Shown here: positions 9,380 through 18,423 of the stretch, piece after piece | Layout: each line of letters starts with the position of its first letter | Numbering within the stretch: position 1 is the first letter of the stretch | The notes under the pieces: model-generated | Told to the model about the DNA's origin: nothing | Seen by the model: only the letters and a program-made list of their open reading frames with translations | Database searches by the model: none | From: Desulfovibrio sp. OttesenSCG-928-A18 | GTDB taxonomy: Bacteria; Desulfobacterota; Desulfovibrionia; Desulfovibrionales; Desulfovibrionaceae | Direction: 5' to 3' | NCBI GenBank assembly: GCA_030267245.1 | Contig: JAJDJN010000001.1 | Span: 1-56,281, forward strand | DNA length: 56,281 bases | Made by a program: the position numbers and the translations under genes

Positions 9380-10069
9380 TCAAACAGCGGCGGCAAAGGG
9401 GTCTTTGGTCCTGGCTATGGCGGGAGGGTTGCCTGTGCCCATGCGGTGGGCTATGGCCCTTGTCATTTCGACGTCCGCCTTGCAGTAGGAGGCTATTTTA
9501 TCGAATTCACCGGCCACATAGAGGTCGAGGACGTCGCTACCGTCCATGTCCATAGTTGGTATGCCCAGGAAGCGGGCTATATCCTTGAGCTTCCCCTTGC
9601 CGTATGGATTCCCGCCAGTCCAGCGCTCGCGCACATCAAGGACGTTCTTGGCGAAGCGCTCTCGAGGGATGAAGTCAAGCAGGGCGGCAAGGTCGTGCTT
9701 CACGGCCCGATGCCAGATCCAATTGAGATCAAACTCGCGGAGGTTGAACCCGCCCCACGTGATCCCGTCGCTTTTGCGGTCGGAAATCGTATGTTGCACA
9801 ACGTCATTGAAGCATTCCAGCAGTTGCGCCTCTGTATTGTCCCAGATCCCACGGCAGACCGCAGGGCTATTACCGACGGCCCAGCCGATACAGAGCACTC
9901 GCCCCCGGGCACTGTTCAGAGCCTCTTCGCGCCAGGTGTCATCGACTTTTGCGAGTTGGTATTCCTCGATTTTTTTGGGATCTTTGTAATTTGCAGGGGT
10001 TGCGATCGCCGATGGGTCCGGTTTATTCGGAGATGGTACAGTTTCAATATCCAGCCAGATAATTGCCAT
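9380..10069 (-). CDS. DnaQ/PolB-like 3'-5' exonuclease
   Basis: WLDIET (ExoI), GFNLREFDL (ExoII), YCKADV (ExoIII). Confidence 0.85.
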   Translation of the reverse strand: MAIIWLDIETVPSPNKPDPSAIATPANYKDPKKIEEYQLAKVDDTWREEALNSARGRVLCIGWAVGNSPAVCRGIWDNTEAQLLECFNDVVQHTISDRKSDGITWGGFNLREFDLNWIWHRAVKHDLAALLDFIPRERFAKNVLDVRERWTGGNPYGKGKLKDIARFLGIPTMDMDGSDVLDLYVAGEFDKIASYCKADVEMTRAIAHRMGTGNPPAIARTKDPFAAAV

Positions 10070-10084
10070 GTCGTGCTCCTGTGG

Positions 10085-11092
10085 TTACTGGTCTTCGGGG
10101 AAGGATGGCAGATAATTTTCAGGTAGCCATTCCTTTTTGCGCACAGCGTCTGTAGCCGCTGTTGCCTGCTGCCTGGAAAGGGCCTCCATGCCGCCGGAAA
10201 TACCCATATTTTCCTTTAGGGCCTCGGTAAACATTTCGTCTGTCCAGTTGTTTTCATCCATGGCCCGGCGCAGAAGGGTTATCTGGGCCGGGGTGATATG
10301 ATCACCGCTACCGTTGCCGCCCTGGCGCTGCTTTTGGGCAGGAGGAGCCTGGGTACTTTTTCCCTGTCCACTCCTGCCTTTAATCCCGGAGGCAGTGTCC
10401 TCGTCTTCCAAGTCCTGAGTGAAGATGTCACTGGCGGCGGTGGCGGTTAGTACGGCGGCCACCAGGGCGCGCTTCTGAGCCATTTTGAGGCACGTATTAT
10501 AGCAATCGGCGGGGTTATCATTTTCAATCTTGCTGCCGTGGGTGGATATCTTCCAAAATCCTCCCTCATTTTTCTTGACGCCGAACTTATCGCCTTCGTG
10601 TCCGTCGGCGTTGGCAGCCTCCTTTAGTATCTTGCTTGCGGCTATGGGGTCGTCCTCCCGTGCGTCCCAATATGCTTTTGGGACATCAACATCGGTCACT
10701 TCACCGCCTCCGGTGCGGTACCGATATTTGCTTTCCATTGTGGAACAGGACCCTGCCCCTTGGCCGACAAGCTGATTGGTAATAATGGAGGTTAGGGTCG
10801 CAACAACAAGATACTCTCTGTGGTTGTTCGGCATTTGCCGTTCGTCAATCTGGTATGTGGGCGTAAGGCGGAACGTCATCAGGATTTTTTCCGCTCCAGG
10901 TTTCAGGAGAACCTGCTTTGTGCCGCAGTTGGGGATTACATCGTAGTGTTCGCCTTTCTTCATTACCTTGCTTAGGATATCTTGAAGTAGGCTCACCTGC
11001 GCCAGCACACTGTCGGCCTGCATGGCATAGTCGGTGATGTTGAAGGCCATCGGTTGCACTTCCCGTACAGCGAGCGTGTTGGCCTGATTCAT
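10085..11092 (-). CDS. Putative phage recombination (single-strand annealing-like) protein
   Basis: LLKPGAEK...NTCLKMAQKRALVAAVL...SDIFTQD; paired with the exonuclease. Confidence 0.65.
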   Translation of the reverse strand: MNQANTLAVREVQPMAFNITDYAMQADSVLAQVSLLQDILSKVMKKGEHYDVIPNCGTKQVLLKPGAEKILMTFRLTPTYQIDERQMPNNHREYLVVATLTSIITNQLVGQGAGSCSTMESKYRYRTGGGEVTDVDVPKAYWDAREDDPIAASKILKEAANADGHEGDKFGVKKNEGGFWKISTHGSKIENDNPADCYNTCLKMAQKRALVAAVLTATAASDIFTQDLEDEDTASGIKGRSGQGKSTQAPPAQKQRQGGNGSGDHITPAQITLLRRAMDENNWTDEMFTEALKENMGISGGMEALSRQQATAATDAVRKKEWLPENYLPSFPEDQ

Positions 11093-11195
11093 TTCTATTC
11101 CTCCGTTTCCGGCCCATCGTCCGGTTTGTAGGTGCCTGTATTCCCACTCAGCGGTCGGCGCTCCATGGGATCCAACAGGGGGGCTTCGTCGTCGT

Positions 11196-11585
11196 TCATA
11201 CCGCCCCCACCGCCCGCACGAGCAGGTCCGCAGCCTCGCGCGCCTTGTCCAGTGATGTCCGGCTGTTGAACAACTCGGCGGCTTGTGCGTCGCGGTCGAC
11301 GCGCAACTTGTCGCGCTCGTCTGTCAGGCTCCCAGCGAGCCGGGAGTATTCTAGCAGCCAGGACTCCATGCCGTGGGAGTCCTCGCAGTAAGCACATTCC
11401 AAAAGATCGCCGTCCGAGTAGCACAGGTAGCTGTGGTCACGGCCCTCCGCCAGGCAGAGCGGGCAAAGGATGTCGGTAAGACAGGACTCGTTGAAGGCCT
11501 CTTCAACGGCACATGTGCGGGGCCCCGGCCCCTGGAAGGCGCAAGTTCCGTCCGGGGCTTCGGACGGGCATCTGGAGAAGCACAT
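11196..11585 (-). CDS. Cys-rich hypothetical protein
   Basis: CPLC and CAYC pairs; RBS GGAGG. Confidence 0.55.
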   Translation of the reverse strand: MCFSRCPSEAPDGTCAFQGPGPRTCAVEEAFNESCLTDILCPLCLAEGRDHSYLCYSDGDLLECAYCEDSHGMESWLLEYSRLAGSLTDERDKLRVDRDAQAAELFNSRTSLDKAREAADLLVRAVGAV

Positions 11586-11586
11586 C

Positions 11587-11868
11587 TTACACCTCCCCTT
11601 CGCCGGCCCATGCTGGCATGGCGTCAATGGTTTGTGCCGCGGCGGCGAGGTGATCAAAGAGGGGGCTCATGAGGGCCTCATAGTGGTCTTCGATGCGCGT
11701 TACGGCAAAGCCAAGTTCATCCGCCAGGACTGTCATGCCTTTTCCTTCCGCATAAGCCACTGCCCGATGAAGCCAGGCAAGGGCCGTTTCCGCCGTGCTC
11801 GGGAACTGGATTGCCTCGTAAACCAGGCTTTGCGCCCGGTCGGCGATGAAGTGGGACGTCGTATTCAT
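11587..11868 (-). CDS. Hypothetical phage protein
   Basis: RBS AGGAG; fits the operon. Confidence 0.6.
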   Translation of the reverse strand: MNTTSHFIADRAQSLVYEAIQFPSTAETALAWLHRAVAYAEGKGMTVLADELGFAVTRIEDHYEALMSPLFDHLAAAAQTIDAMPAWAGEGEV

Positions 11869-11956
11869 ATCTTCTCCTCTTGCCGGGTATTTCGTCCGCG
11901 CCCGGCAGCGCGGTCACGTAGGAGGCGTATGCGTGGCCCGTTCTGCTTTGCGCCGG

Positions 11957-12343
11957 CTATGCGCCGCCGCCTTCTATGTACGCCTTGCGGCGGCTATCGG
12001 CGGTCAATCGCCTGGCACCCCACGGGCGGCGGGGGGATTGTTTTTCCTCATCTTCTTGTACTAGAAGGGATATACCTATCCCCGCTTCGCGCTCAAGGGA
12101 GGTTAAATCGCTATCGGAGCAGTTGCCCCTGAGGCCGGAGCAGTTGCCCTCGAGGCCGGAGCAGTTGCCCTCGAGGCCGGAGCAGTCGCCCCTGAGGCCG
12201 GAGCAGTCGCCCCTGAGGCCGGAGCAGTTGCCCTCGAGGCCGGAGCAGTTGCCCTCGAGGCCGGAGCAGTTGCCAGCGATCCTTTCTCCATCAACAAAAT
12301 GGTACAATTCTTCCTTCTTGATTCGCTTCAACACCTTTTTCAC
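11957..12343 (-). CDS. Heptapeptide-repeat protein G(N/D)CSGL(E/R)
   Basis: GTG at 12343 with RBS AGGAGG; first clear gene after PL. Confidence 0.65.
   Translation of the reverse strand: MKKVLKRIKKEELYHFVDGERIAGNCSGLEGNCSGLEGNCSGLRGDCSGLRGDCSGLEGNCSGLEGNCSGLRGNCSDSDLTSLEREAGIGISLLVQEDEEKQSPRRPWGARRLTADSRRKAYIEGGGA
12115..12274. repeat. 21-bp tandem repeat, about 7.6 copies
   Basis: Unit CCGGAGCAGT(T/C)GCCC(TC/CT)GAGG. Confidence 0.95.
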
Positions 12344-12446
12344 TTGTTGCCTCCTGGCGCTTGCCAGCAAATGGCAAGTGGTTGAAATCTTTGAGCCGGT
12401 GACGTTTTGTCACCGATTATTGAGTTACAGGGCAATAAAACTCCGC

Positions 12447-12633
12447 TCGGACTTTCGTGACGCTGGCGGGCCAATCCCACACAGATGCCTCAACCCCTGC
12501 CGTGGCAGGGCAAGCATTCCGCACATGCCGGGTAAGCGCTCTCACCGGCAATTCCCGCCGTTTTCCCAATGCGGCTTAGGGCAGGTCTGGCCTGGGCCAC
12601 GGATGGGCTTCCCGCCAGCGCACGAAAGTCCGA
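12447..12633 (-). ncRNA. Multi-stem structured RNA in the PL leader
   Basis: 12447-12470 pairs with 12611-12633 (23 bp, one bulge) and encloses several hairpins. Confidence 0.55.
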
Positions 12634-12835
12634 ACACAAAAATCTCTGAACCTCCCCCGCCTTCCCGGCTTCTTCCCCTTTCGCTCCCACCGCCGCCTCA
12701 CAGGCTCCTGCCTCGGCTGCGGTTTGGCTACTCAGCGTTTCACGCGGTACTTTCGCGGGGTAACTTCGACACGCCCGCCGTCTGGTACTCTGGCCCGTGG
12801 GCCGTGTTCCCTGGGGGTGTGTCGTTGTTGATGTC

Positions 12836-12908
12836 ATCATTTCACCCGTGGTTAATCTTGTCAATATATATTTTGCCATTGGTTCATAATTTGATAACCA
12901 TTGGCGAA
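12836..12908 (-). promoter_or_regulatory. PL promoter with three OL-like operators
   Basis: TTGACA (12864-12859)-N17-AATGAT. TTCACCCGTGGTTAA at 12841, TTTGCCATTGGTTCA at 12872 and ATAACCATTGGCGAA at 12894 resemble the OR sites. Confidence 0.7.
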
Positions 12909-12915
12909 GAGTGAT

Positions 12916-12965
12916 AAAAAAAGCCCGCAGGGCGCGGGCGAAAAAAAGCCCCTCGGGTGAGGGGC
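12916..12965 (-). terminator. Two tandem intrinsic terminators ending the cI-moron transcript
   Basis: Stems GCCCCTC/GAGGGGC and GCCCGC/GCGGGC, each followed by a T7 tract on the minus strand. Confidence 0.8.
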
Positions 12966-12984
12966 GGAAGGTATGGGGGAAAGG

Positions 12985-13929
12985 TTAGAATTGCCCCGAG
13001 GGAGGCGGAGGAATAGAAGGGAAAACCATTTGGGGCGCAATAACCCCTATATGGCAACGTCCCTCATGATTTTCAATTATTTTGATGGCTGGGGTTTGCT
13101 CGAAAGTCAATATACAGGAGTGATGAAGAGTAAGGATCAGATCTTGTAGCTTATTATCTTTCTCCATATCTGTTATCTTGAGACCCAACTCTTTTGCGCG
13201 CTCTTTGTGGATATGGCGGGCATGCATATGCGTCGCGGCATTGCTGCCAAGTGTTTTTATGATGTGGTCAATTTTCGCCTTGGCGTCATCGTCCGTATCG
13301 TCTACAAACATGCATTCCCTTAAGCTTTTCCTTACAACCTCGTCAGCCATCTTGCTGGCGTTTTCGCACTGGTCAAAAAAACCTAAGTCATACTTAGTTA
13401 TTATTGGCTGCCATATATATGCCATTCTTTGGTCTGCCGACATTTCTTCAGCTGCACGCTTAAGATCTGCCAAAATTGCTTGTGACGGTGTTGCTCCGAT
13501 CTGCGGATCAAAAGGCCCTATATTGGATTGTGCACCCATGATTATTTCTTTGCTGGCACAGGCGATCATTGAGCCGCCGGACATTGCAATTTGAGGGACT
13601 ATAGCGCGAATATCGCTACCAAACATAGAGCGTAGATAGTGGATTAGGGACTCTGTGGCGGCCATATTCCCGCCAGGGGTATGGAGCACAAGGTCCAGGC
13701 CTTTCGCCCTGTCCAATTTGTGCACGACTGTCATGAAGCCGTTTTTGTCAGCATCAGTTATACCAAAAGCAACCCCTTGCAGGTTCCCTTTTTGAAGCCA
13801 GCCAGAGTAATATATTATGACATTTCGTTTTGTATAATGCGCAAGCTTGCGCAACGACTTTCGGCGCAGGGCGTCTTGATGAGACTCTTGGCCACGTAAT
13901 TCCGCATGTAGATCATACCAATCTGGCAT
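12985..13929 (-). CDS. SDH-family ClpP/SppA-fold serine protease
   Basis: LDLVLHTPGG, AMSGGSMIA (nucleophile Ser), GPFDPQ, HMHARHI. Confidence 0.85.
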   Translation of the reverse strand: MPDWYDLHAELRGQESHQDALRRKSLRKLAHYTKRNVIIYYSGWLQKGNLQGVAFGITDADKNGFMTVVHKLDRAKGLDLVLHTPGGNMAATESLIHYLRSMFGSDIRAIVPQIAMSGGSMIACASKEIIMGAQSNIGPFDPQIGATPSQAILADLKRAAEEMSADQRMAYIWQPIITKYDLGFFDQCENASKMADEVVRKSLRECMFVDDTDDDAKAKIDHIIKTLGSNAATHMHARHIHKERAKELGLKITDMEKDNKLQDLILTLHHSCILTFEQTPAIKIIENHEGRCHIGVIAPQMVFPSIPPPPSGQF

Positions 13930-14098
13930 TCCGTTTTTCCTTTGCGGCGGATTTGCATTCTTCACAAAAAATGATCTCGGAAGGTTTCTTGGACAGTCCA
14001 TTCAACCCCTCAAGGAAAACATTTGATTGGTATTTCGGGACAACTGCGTTCGCTTTGAGCATTACCTTCTTCGCTAAACTCACTATGCTCTTTGCCAT
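13913..14098 (-). CDS. Small basic 61-aa protein coupled to the protease
   Basis: RBS AAGGAGG; 17-nt overlap with the protease start. Confidence 0.6.
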   Translation of the reverse strand: MAKSIVSLAKKVMLKANAVVPKYQSNVFLEGLNGLSKKPSEIIFCEECKSAAKEKRNARLV

Positions 14099-14196
14099 AT
14101 TTGCCTCCTTAGCTAAAATGCTTCGCAGGTTATTTATGCAAAGTTCGGACCAACACGAGAAATAAATCTATCTTATTTTTGCGACTTGCTCAAGCC

Positions 14197-14688
14197 CTAT
14201 CTCGCCCTCTTCCTCCACACCCACGGAGCAACCGGCTTCCTCGGTCCGTCAATCTCCCTCCACAGCCCCTTGCGCGCCTTCGCTGCCGCCTTTTCTTTGG
14301 CCTTCCAAGCCCGGCACCGCGGAATCTTGCAATACTGCGTGTAGACCCAGGCCAGGCCGGACTCCAAGAGTATATCCTGGATCGTGGTGTCGCCGATATG
14401 CAGTACGGCCAGGGTGCGCTTGTAGCGGTCTTTGCCGTGTTCTTCGATCTCAACCTCCCGGAACAACGCCGCGCCATTGACCAGACCTGTCGCCGCCGGC
14501 CCGTAATCCTGCCGACTCTCGGGGCAGTCGATGCCATACAAGCGCACCTTCATGCGGTCTCCGCCCTGGATCGGCTCGACGTGGACCGTATCACCGTCAG
14601 AGACATGCACCACACGGGCAGGCCAAGCGTGGACGAGTAGAGGGGAAAACAGGCAAAACAGTAAGGCAAAAGCAACAGTGCGAATCAA
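14197..14688 (-). CDS. Exported thermonuclease (SNase family), copy 1
   Basis: Signal peptide; VSDGDT, VRLYGIDCPE, DRYKRTLA, ARKGLW. Confidence 0.9.
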   Translation of the reverse strand: MIRTVAFALLFCLFSPLLVHAWPARVVHVSDGDTVHVEPIQGGDRMKVRLYGIDCPESRQDYGPAATGLVNGAALFREVEIEEHGKDRYKRTLAVLHIGDTTIQDILLESGLAWVYTQYCKIPRCRAWKAKEKAAAKARKGLWREIDGPRKPVAPWVWRKRAR

Positions 14689-14691
14689 GGG

Positions 14692-15351
14692 CTAATACTC
14701 CCTACAACTCCAGACCATGCGCCCGAAGACCTGGAAGCTTTCCATTTCCGCCTCATTATCCTTGTGGATGACGATTTCCCGGTATTCTTTGTTATCCGAC
14801 CGAATAACGATTGTGCCTGGCCGCGTTTCCAGGCGCTTTACCATGAGTTCGTCGTCGATGCGCAGGAGGTAGATCTGGCCGGTTGTCACGGCGGTGTCTC
14901 TTTCATTTATCATAATCAGGTCGCCATCACTGAGCGTCGGCTCCATGCTGTCACCGGACACGGCAAAAATCCGCATTGTTTCAGCGGTGCCTCTTTTTCT
15001 GGTTATGAATTTGTCGTGAAAGGCGTAAAGCCCATCATGCTCCGCGTCAGTTTCCAGGCTTCCCGTCCCGGCGCTGGGGCGGGCCTTCACCCGTTGGATC
15101 AGCACAAGGTCCGGGGCACTATCGTCCTTGCATGCAAAAAATTCCGGCAGCGAAACGTCAAAAGCATCAGCCATCTTTACGGCTACTTCCAAAGATGGAG
15201 TCTTTTTTTTGGTAATGAACTGCGAAATAGCGCTTGGTTCGACGCCGACGAGTTCAGCCAACGCGTTTTGCTTCATGTTCTTTTTTTTCAACCAGAATTT
15301 CAACGTCGCGGAAATAATTTGTCGCTCTTTCATGTTTATAATTTCACTCAC
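14692..15351 (-). CDS. cI: CI-like repressor (XRE HTH + S24 peptidase)
   Basis: N-terminal HTH; SAG cleavage site, VSGDSMEP, VKRL. Confidence 0.93.
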   Translation of the reverse strand: MSEIINMKERQIISATLKFWLKKKNMKQNALAELVGVEPSAISQFITKKKTPSLEVAVKMADAFDVSLPEFFACKDDSAPDLVLIQRVKARPSAGTGSLETDAEHDGLYAFHDKFITRKRGTAETMRIFAVSGDSMEPTLSDGDLIMINERDTAVTTGQIYLLRIDDELMVKRLETRPGTIVIRSDNKEYREIVIHKDNEAEMESFQVFGRMVWSCREY

Positions 15352-15408
15352 AGTTAAGGAAAAGTAAAGTAACTATGGGTTGACAGTGGTTTACTTATGG
15401 TAAATAAT
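15343..15408. promoter_or_regulatory. OR operators and PR promoter
   Basis: TTCACTCACAGTTAA at 15343, GTAACTATGGGTTGA at 15369, TTTACTTATGGTAAA at 15390; TTGACA (15380)-N17-AATAAT. Confidence 0.75.
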
Positions 15409-15414
15409 AGCGCC

Positions 15415-15654
15415 ATGAAAAAAGATATCGACATAGCCAAAGCGGCCGGGGTTTCACCTGGGTTTATCAGCATGCTCCGCAAGGGGATGCGTAGGGCCAG
15501 TATCGATACCGCCCGCCGCCTGGAGGAGGCCTCCGGCGACAGCTTTTTGTATTGGATGGACCCCAAGACATATGCGCGGGACGGTTCACTGCTGTCTTCT
15601 CCGTCTTTTGTGCGCCCTGCTTCGCTTTCCCCCACCCATGACCCCCTGCCCTGA
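15415..15654 (+). CDS. cro: Cro-like HTH protein
   Basis: DIAKAAGVSPGFISMLRKG; divergent from cI. Confidence 0.8.
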   Translation: MKKDIDIAKAAGVSPGFISMLRKGMRRASIDTARRLEEASGDSFLYWMDPKTYARDGSLLSSPSFVRPASLSPTHDPLP

Positions 15655-15994
15655 CTGCGGCACCCCGCGAGAGGTGGTGCACATGTACGCGCAGCCGGTG
15701 ACGTGGGTCATCTGTCCTCGCTGCCATCTGGCGGAGAGGGTTGTGCGCACGGCAGGGCAAGCTGGACCATGGCCGCCCGAAGGCCGGCGGAGCGCAGCGC
15801 CTGGCGGACAGCTTCATCCGGGTCCAGGGGTGGGCGGTACTTGCGGAAGTGGGCCTCAACCTGGTCAACGATGACCACGGTTTGCAGCGGGCCGCGCGAG
15901 GTGGCGGCTATGTGGATATAGGCCTGGGCGGTGGGAGGATGGATCTTCATACATTGGATTTTGCCAGGAAAATAACAATATAAAAGGCGCAGTT

Positions 15995-16417
15995 ATGGCA
16001 AATATGCAACCGATCCGCGAGGCATTCGCAGACACCGTGGATATTCTGGGGGTCAAGCACTTCGCCCACAAATGGGGGCACTCCCGCCAATACATAGAAC
16101 GCCTTTGGGGCGACGAGGATAAAAATCTCCCGGTCCACTTCATCATGGACGCCATGGAAGATACGGGCGATTTCCGCATCCTTCGCGCTATGGCCTTGCC
16201 GCTGCAAAGGCGGATATCCCCCATTTCGGGGAAGCCGGATGGTGAGGATATGCGGCACGAGATAATGCAACTTGTGATCGCCTGCGGAGAATTTGTCAGC
16301 GCTGCGGAAAGTGGCGCTTGCCATACCGTGCTGCATGACCTGCTGGAGCGGATGCAAAAAGAGGCAGAGGACGTTTTTGTCCGGGCCAGAGAGCGCGATG
16401 AGGGAGGGAGGTCGTGA
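15995..16417 (+). CDS. CII-like regulatory protein (tentative)
   Basis: Position after cro; helical pattern IMDAMEDTGDFRILRAMA. Confidence 0.5.
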   Translation: MANMQPIREAFADTVDILGVKHFAHKWGHSRQYIERLWGDEDKNLPVHFIMDAMEDTGDFRILRAMALPLQRRISPISGKPDGEDMRHEIMQLVIACGEFVSAAESGACHTVLHDLLERMQKEAEDVFVRARERDEGGRS

Positions 16418-16617
16418 GTATGGGAATACCTCAAATTATCGTCATTACCTTGGCCGCCCTTACCGGCATTTCGGAGATTTTCCTACATGGCAAACCGCGC
16501 ACGGGCATGCATGATTTTCGTAACTGGCTCATAGGAACCGCGATTGCGCAGGGGTTGCTTGTGTGGGGCGGATTTTACACAGCGTTTTCATGAGTAACAA
16601 CGATTGGAGGTTGTGCC

Positions 16618-16830
16618 ATGGATAATCACGGGACCTGGAGCCCGGCAGCATGTTGCCATGGACTACGGACCTGCCCCGGTTTCGGCAGCACTGACGACTG
16701 CACCGTTACGCATACATGCGACCACCACGCGGATTGTGCCGCGTCTCTGGCGGACACCATTGAAAGCTACTGCGGTTGCTGCGGGATGCTGGATGAGGAA
16801 TGCGCTTGTGGAGGTGGCAGCCATGAGTAG
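16618..16830 (+). CDS. Small Cys/His-rich protein
   Basis: RBS GGAGG; 11 Cys and 6 His in 70 aa; overlaps the next start. Confidence 0.55.
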   Translation: MDNHGTWSPAACCHGLRTCPGFGSTDDCTVTHTCDHHADCAASLADTIESYCGCCGMLDEECACGGGSHE

Positions 16831-17236
16831 CCACGAACCCAAGCCATGCCCGTTTTGTGGGAGAAATCCGAGTGTTTACTATGACAAAAACACTTGCACA
16901 GGCGATTTACACGGTTTTTACGCCACGCTGCAATGCACCTGCCTAGACGATGCGCCAAGCGTTGTCGGAGGAGGAAAAACAAAAACAGAGGCGTTCAATG
17001 ACGCTGCTCAACAGTGGAACACCCGCCCCATCGAAGACCGCCTAAACGCCATTATCGCGGCGCAGGCGCAATATATTGATCGGCTTGAATCCTCGTTTGC
17101 CGTCGCTGAGCAGTATATCCCAAAAGATTCCAGTTTTTGGGAACCTCGTATCGGAACTGCCAAGTTGATAGAGTCACGCATCAATGAATCCCGCGCCGCC
17201 CTGGACGCGCTGAGAGCGGAGGTGAGTCATGGGTAA
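16823..17236 (+). CDS. Lar-like Zn-binding protein, copy 3
   Basis: PKPCPFCG...QWNTR. Confidence 0.72.
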   Translation: MSSHEPKPCPFCGRNPSVYYDKNTCTGDLHGFYATLQCTCLDDAPSVVGGGKTKTEAFNDAAQQWNTRPIEDRLNAIIAAQAQYIDRLESSFAVAEQYIPKDSSFWEPRIGTAKLIESRINESRAALDALRAEVSHG

Positions 17237-17297
17237 TACAAAAATCGAATGCCTTCAGGGCGTGGAATACAATCAGCTCCCGGCGGCGTTGCCATGA
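17229..17297 (+). pseudogene. Internally deleted Gp37Gp68/DUF5131-like gene
   Basis: MGNTKIE fused to LQGVEYNQLP, resembling that family's N- and C-terminal ends. Confidence 0.55.
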
Positions 17298-18421
17298 AGC
17301 CCTACTTCACCGGCCCGCACGGCGCGCTATATCAGGGCGATTCCCTGGCGGTGCTTTCGGCGCTGCCGTCTGAAAGCGTCCAGTGCTGCGTTACCAGTCC
17401 GCCCTATTGGGGGCTGCGCGATTACGGCGCGGACGGGCAGATCGGCCTTGAAGAAACCCCGCAGGACCATATTGAACGCCTGCTGTCTGTGTTCCGTGAA
17501 GTGTACCGCGTACTGAAGAATGACGGCACTCTGTGGATGAACTACGGCGATACCTATCTTTGCCAGCAGGGCAAGGGGTTCAACGGCAATGTCCGGCTTG
17601 ATTCCACCAACAAGGCAATCAAAGTCAAGCGGCCCCTGCCGGCAAAAAATCTTCTCGGTCTTCCCTGGCGTCTGGCCCTGGCTCTTCAGGATGACGGATG
17701 GATCTTGCGCGCGGATATAATATGGCACAAGCCCAATCCCATGCCGGAATCCTGCAAGGATCGCCCCACGCGGGCGCATGAATATCTGTTTTTGTTCGGC
17801 AAACGGCCCAGGTATTTCTATGATGCGGAAGCCATACGCGAACCGGTGGCGGCCTTGTGCGAACATGACGCCACGGGCCCGGGCTACTCCGCGCCGGGGC
17901 AAGCGCCGCACACTGGTAGCCGCCCGCGCATGCAAAGCGCCCAGGCCCTGTCTTTTGCGCGTGAAGTGGATGAACCGGACCGCCCCGGCCAGGCGTACAG
18001 CCAGCATAGGCCGGAAAGAGCTGGCGCTCAGCCACGTAACCGGAAGGCCTTCAGGGGCGGCGGTAAGTACACCAGCGGACAGAGCTTTGATAATACCGTG
18101 CATGTGGAAAACGCCATTCCTGGCGATACCCTGAATGAAACCTATACCCGCAACAAGCGCACGGTCTGGACCATCCCCACTTTCCCCTGCCCTGGCGCCC
18201 ACTTTGCCACGTTCCCGCCAAAGTTGGCGGAAACCTGCATCCTGGCAGGTTCCCGCCATGGTGACACGGTTCTTGATCCCTTCATGGGCAGCGGGACTAC
18301 GGGCATGGTAGCGCGCCAGCTTGGCCGGAAGTGGCTGGGCGTGGAACTGAATCCGGAATACTGCGCTTTGGCGCTGAAGCGCATAGGCGTAAATCGGGTG
18401 ATGTTGACGGAGCTGGTGTGA
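17294..18421 (+). CDS. Orphan N4-C/N6-A DNA methyltransferase (beta class)
   Basis: VTSPPYW, HFATFP, VLDPFMGSGTTG. Confidence 0.93.
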   Translation: MKPYFTGPHGALYQGDSLAVLSALPSESVQCCVTSPPYWGLRDYGADGQIGLEETPQDHIERLLSVFREVYRVLKNDGTLWMNYGDTYLCQQGKGFNGNVRLDSTNKAIKVKRPLPAKNLLGLPWRLALALQDDGWILRADIIWHKPNPMPESCKDRPTRAHEYLFLFGKRPRYFYDAEAIREPVAALCEHDATGPGYSAPGQAPHTGSRPRMQSAQALSFAREVDEPDRPGQAYSQHRPERAGAQPRNRKAFRGGGKYTSGQSFDNTVHVENAIPGDTLNETYTRNKRTVWTIPTFPCPGAHFATFPPKLAETCILAGSRHGDTVLDPFMGSGTTGMVARQLGRKWLGVELNPEYCALALKRIGVNRVMLTELV

Positions 18422-18423
18422 TT

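Noticed and set aside
12115-12274. 21-bp repeats as a CRISPR array
   Set aside because: The units are contiguous, have no spacers and are in frame within a gene.
12490-12879. 129-aa ORF in the PL leader
   Set aside because: It starts upstream of the predicted PL -35 inside the operators, and the region is better explained by RNA structure.
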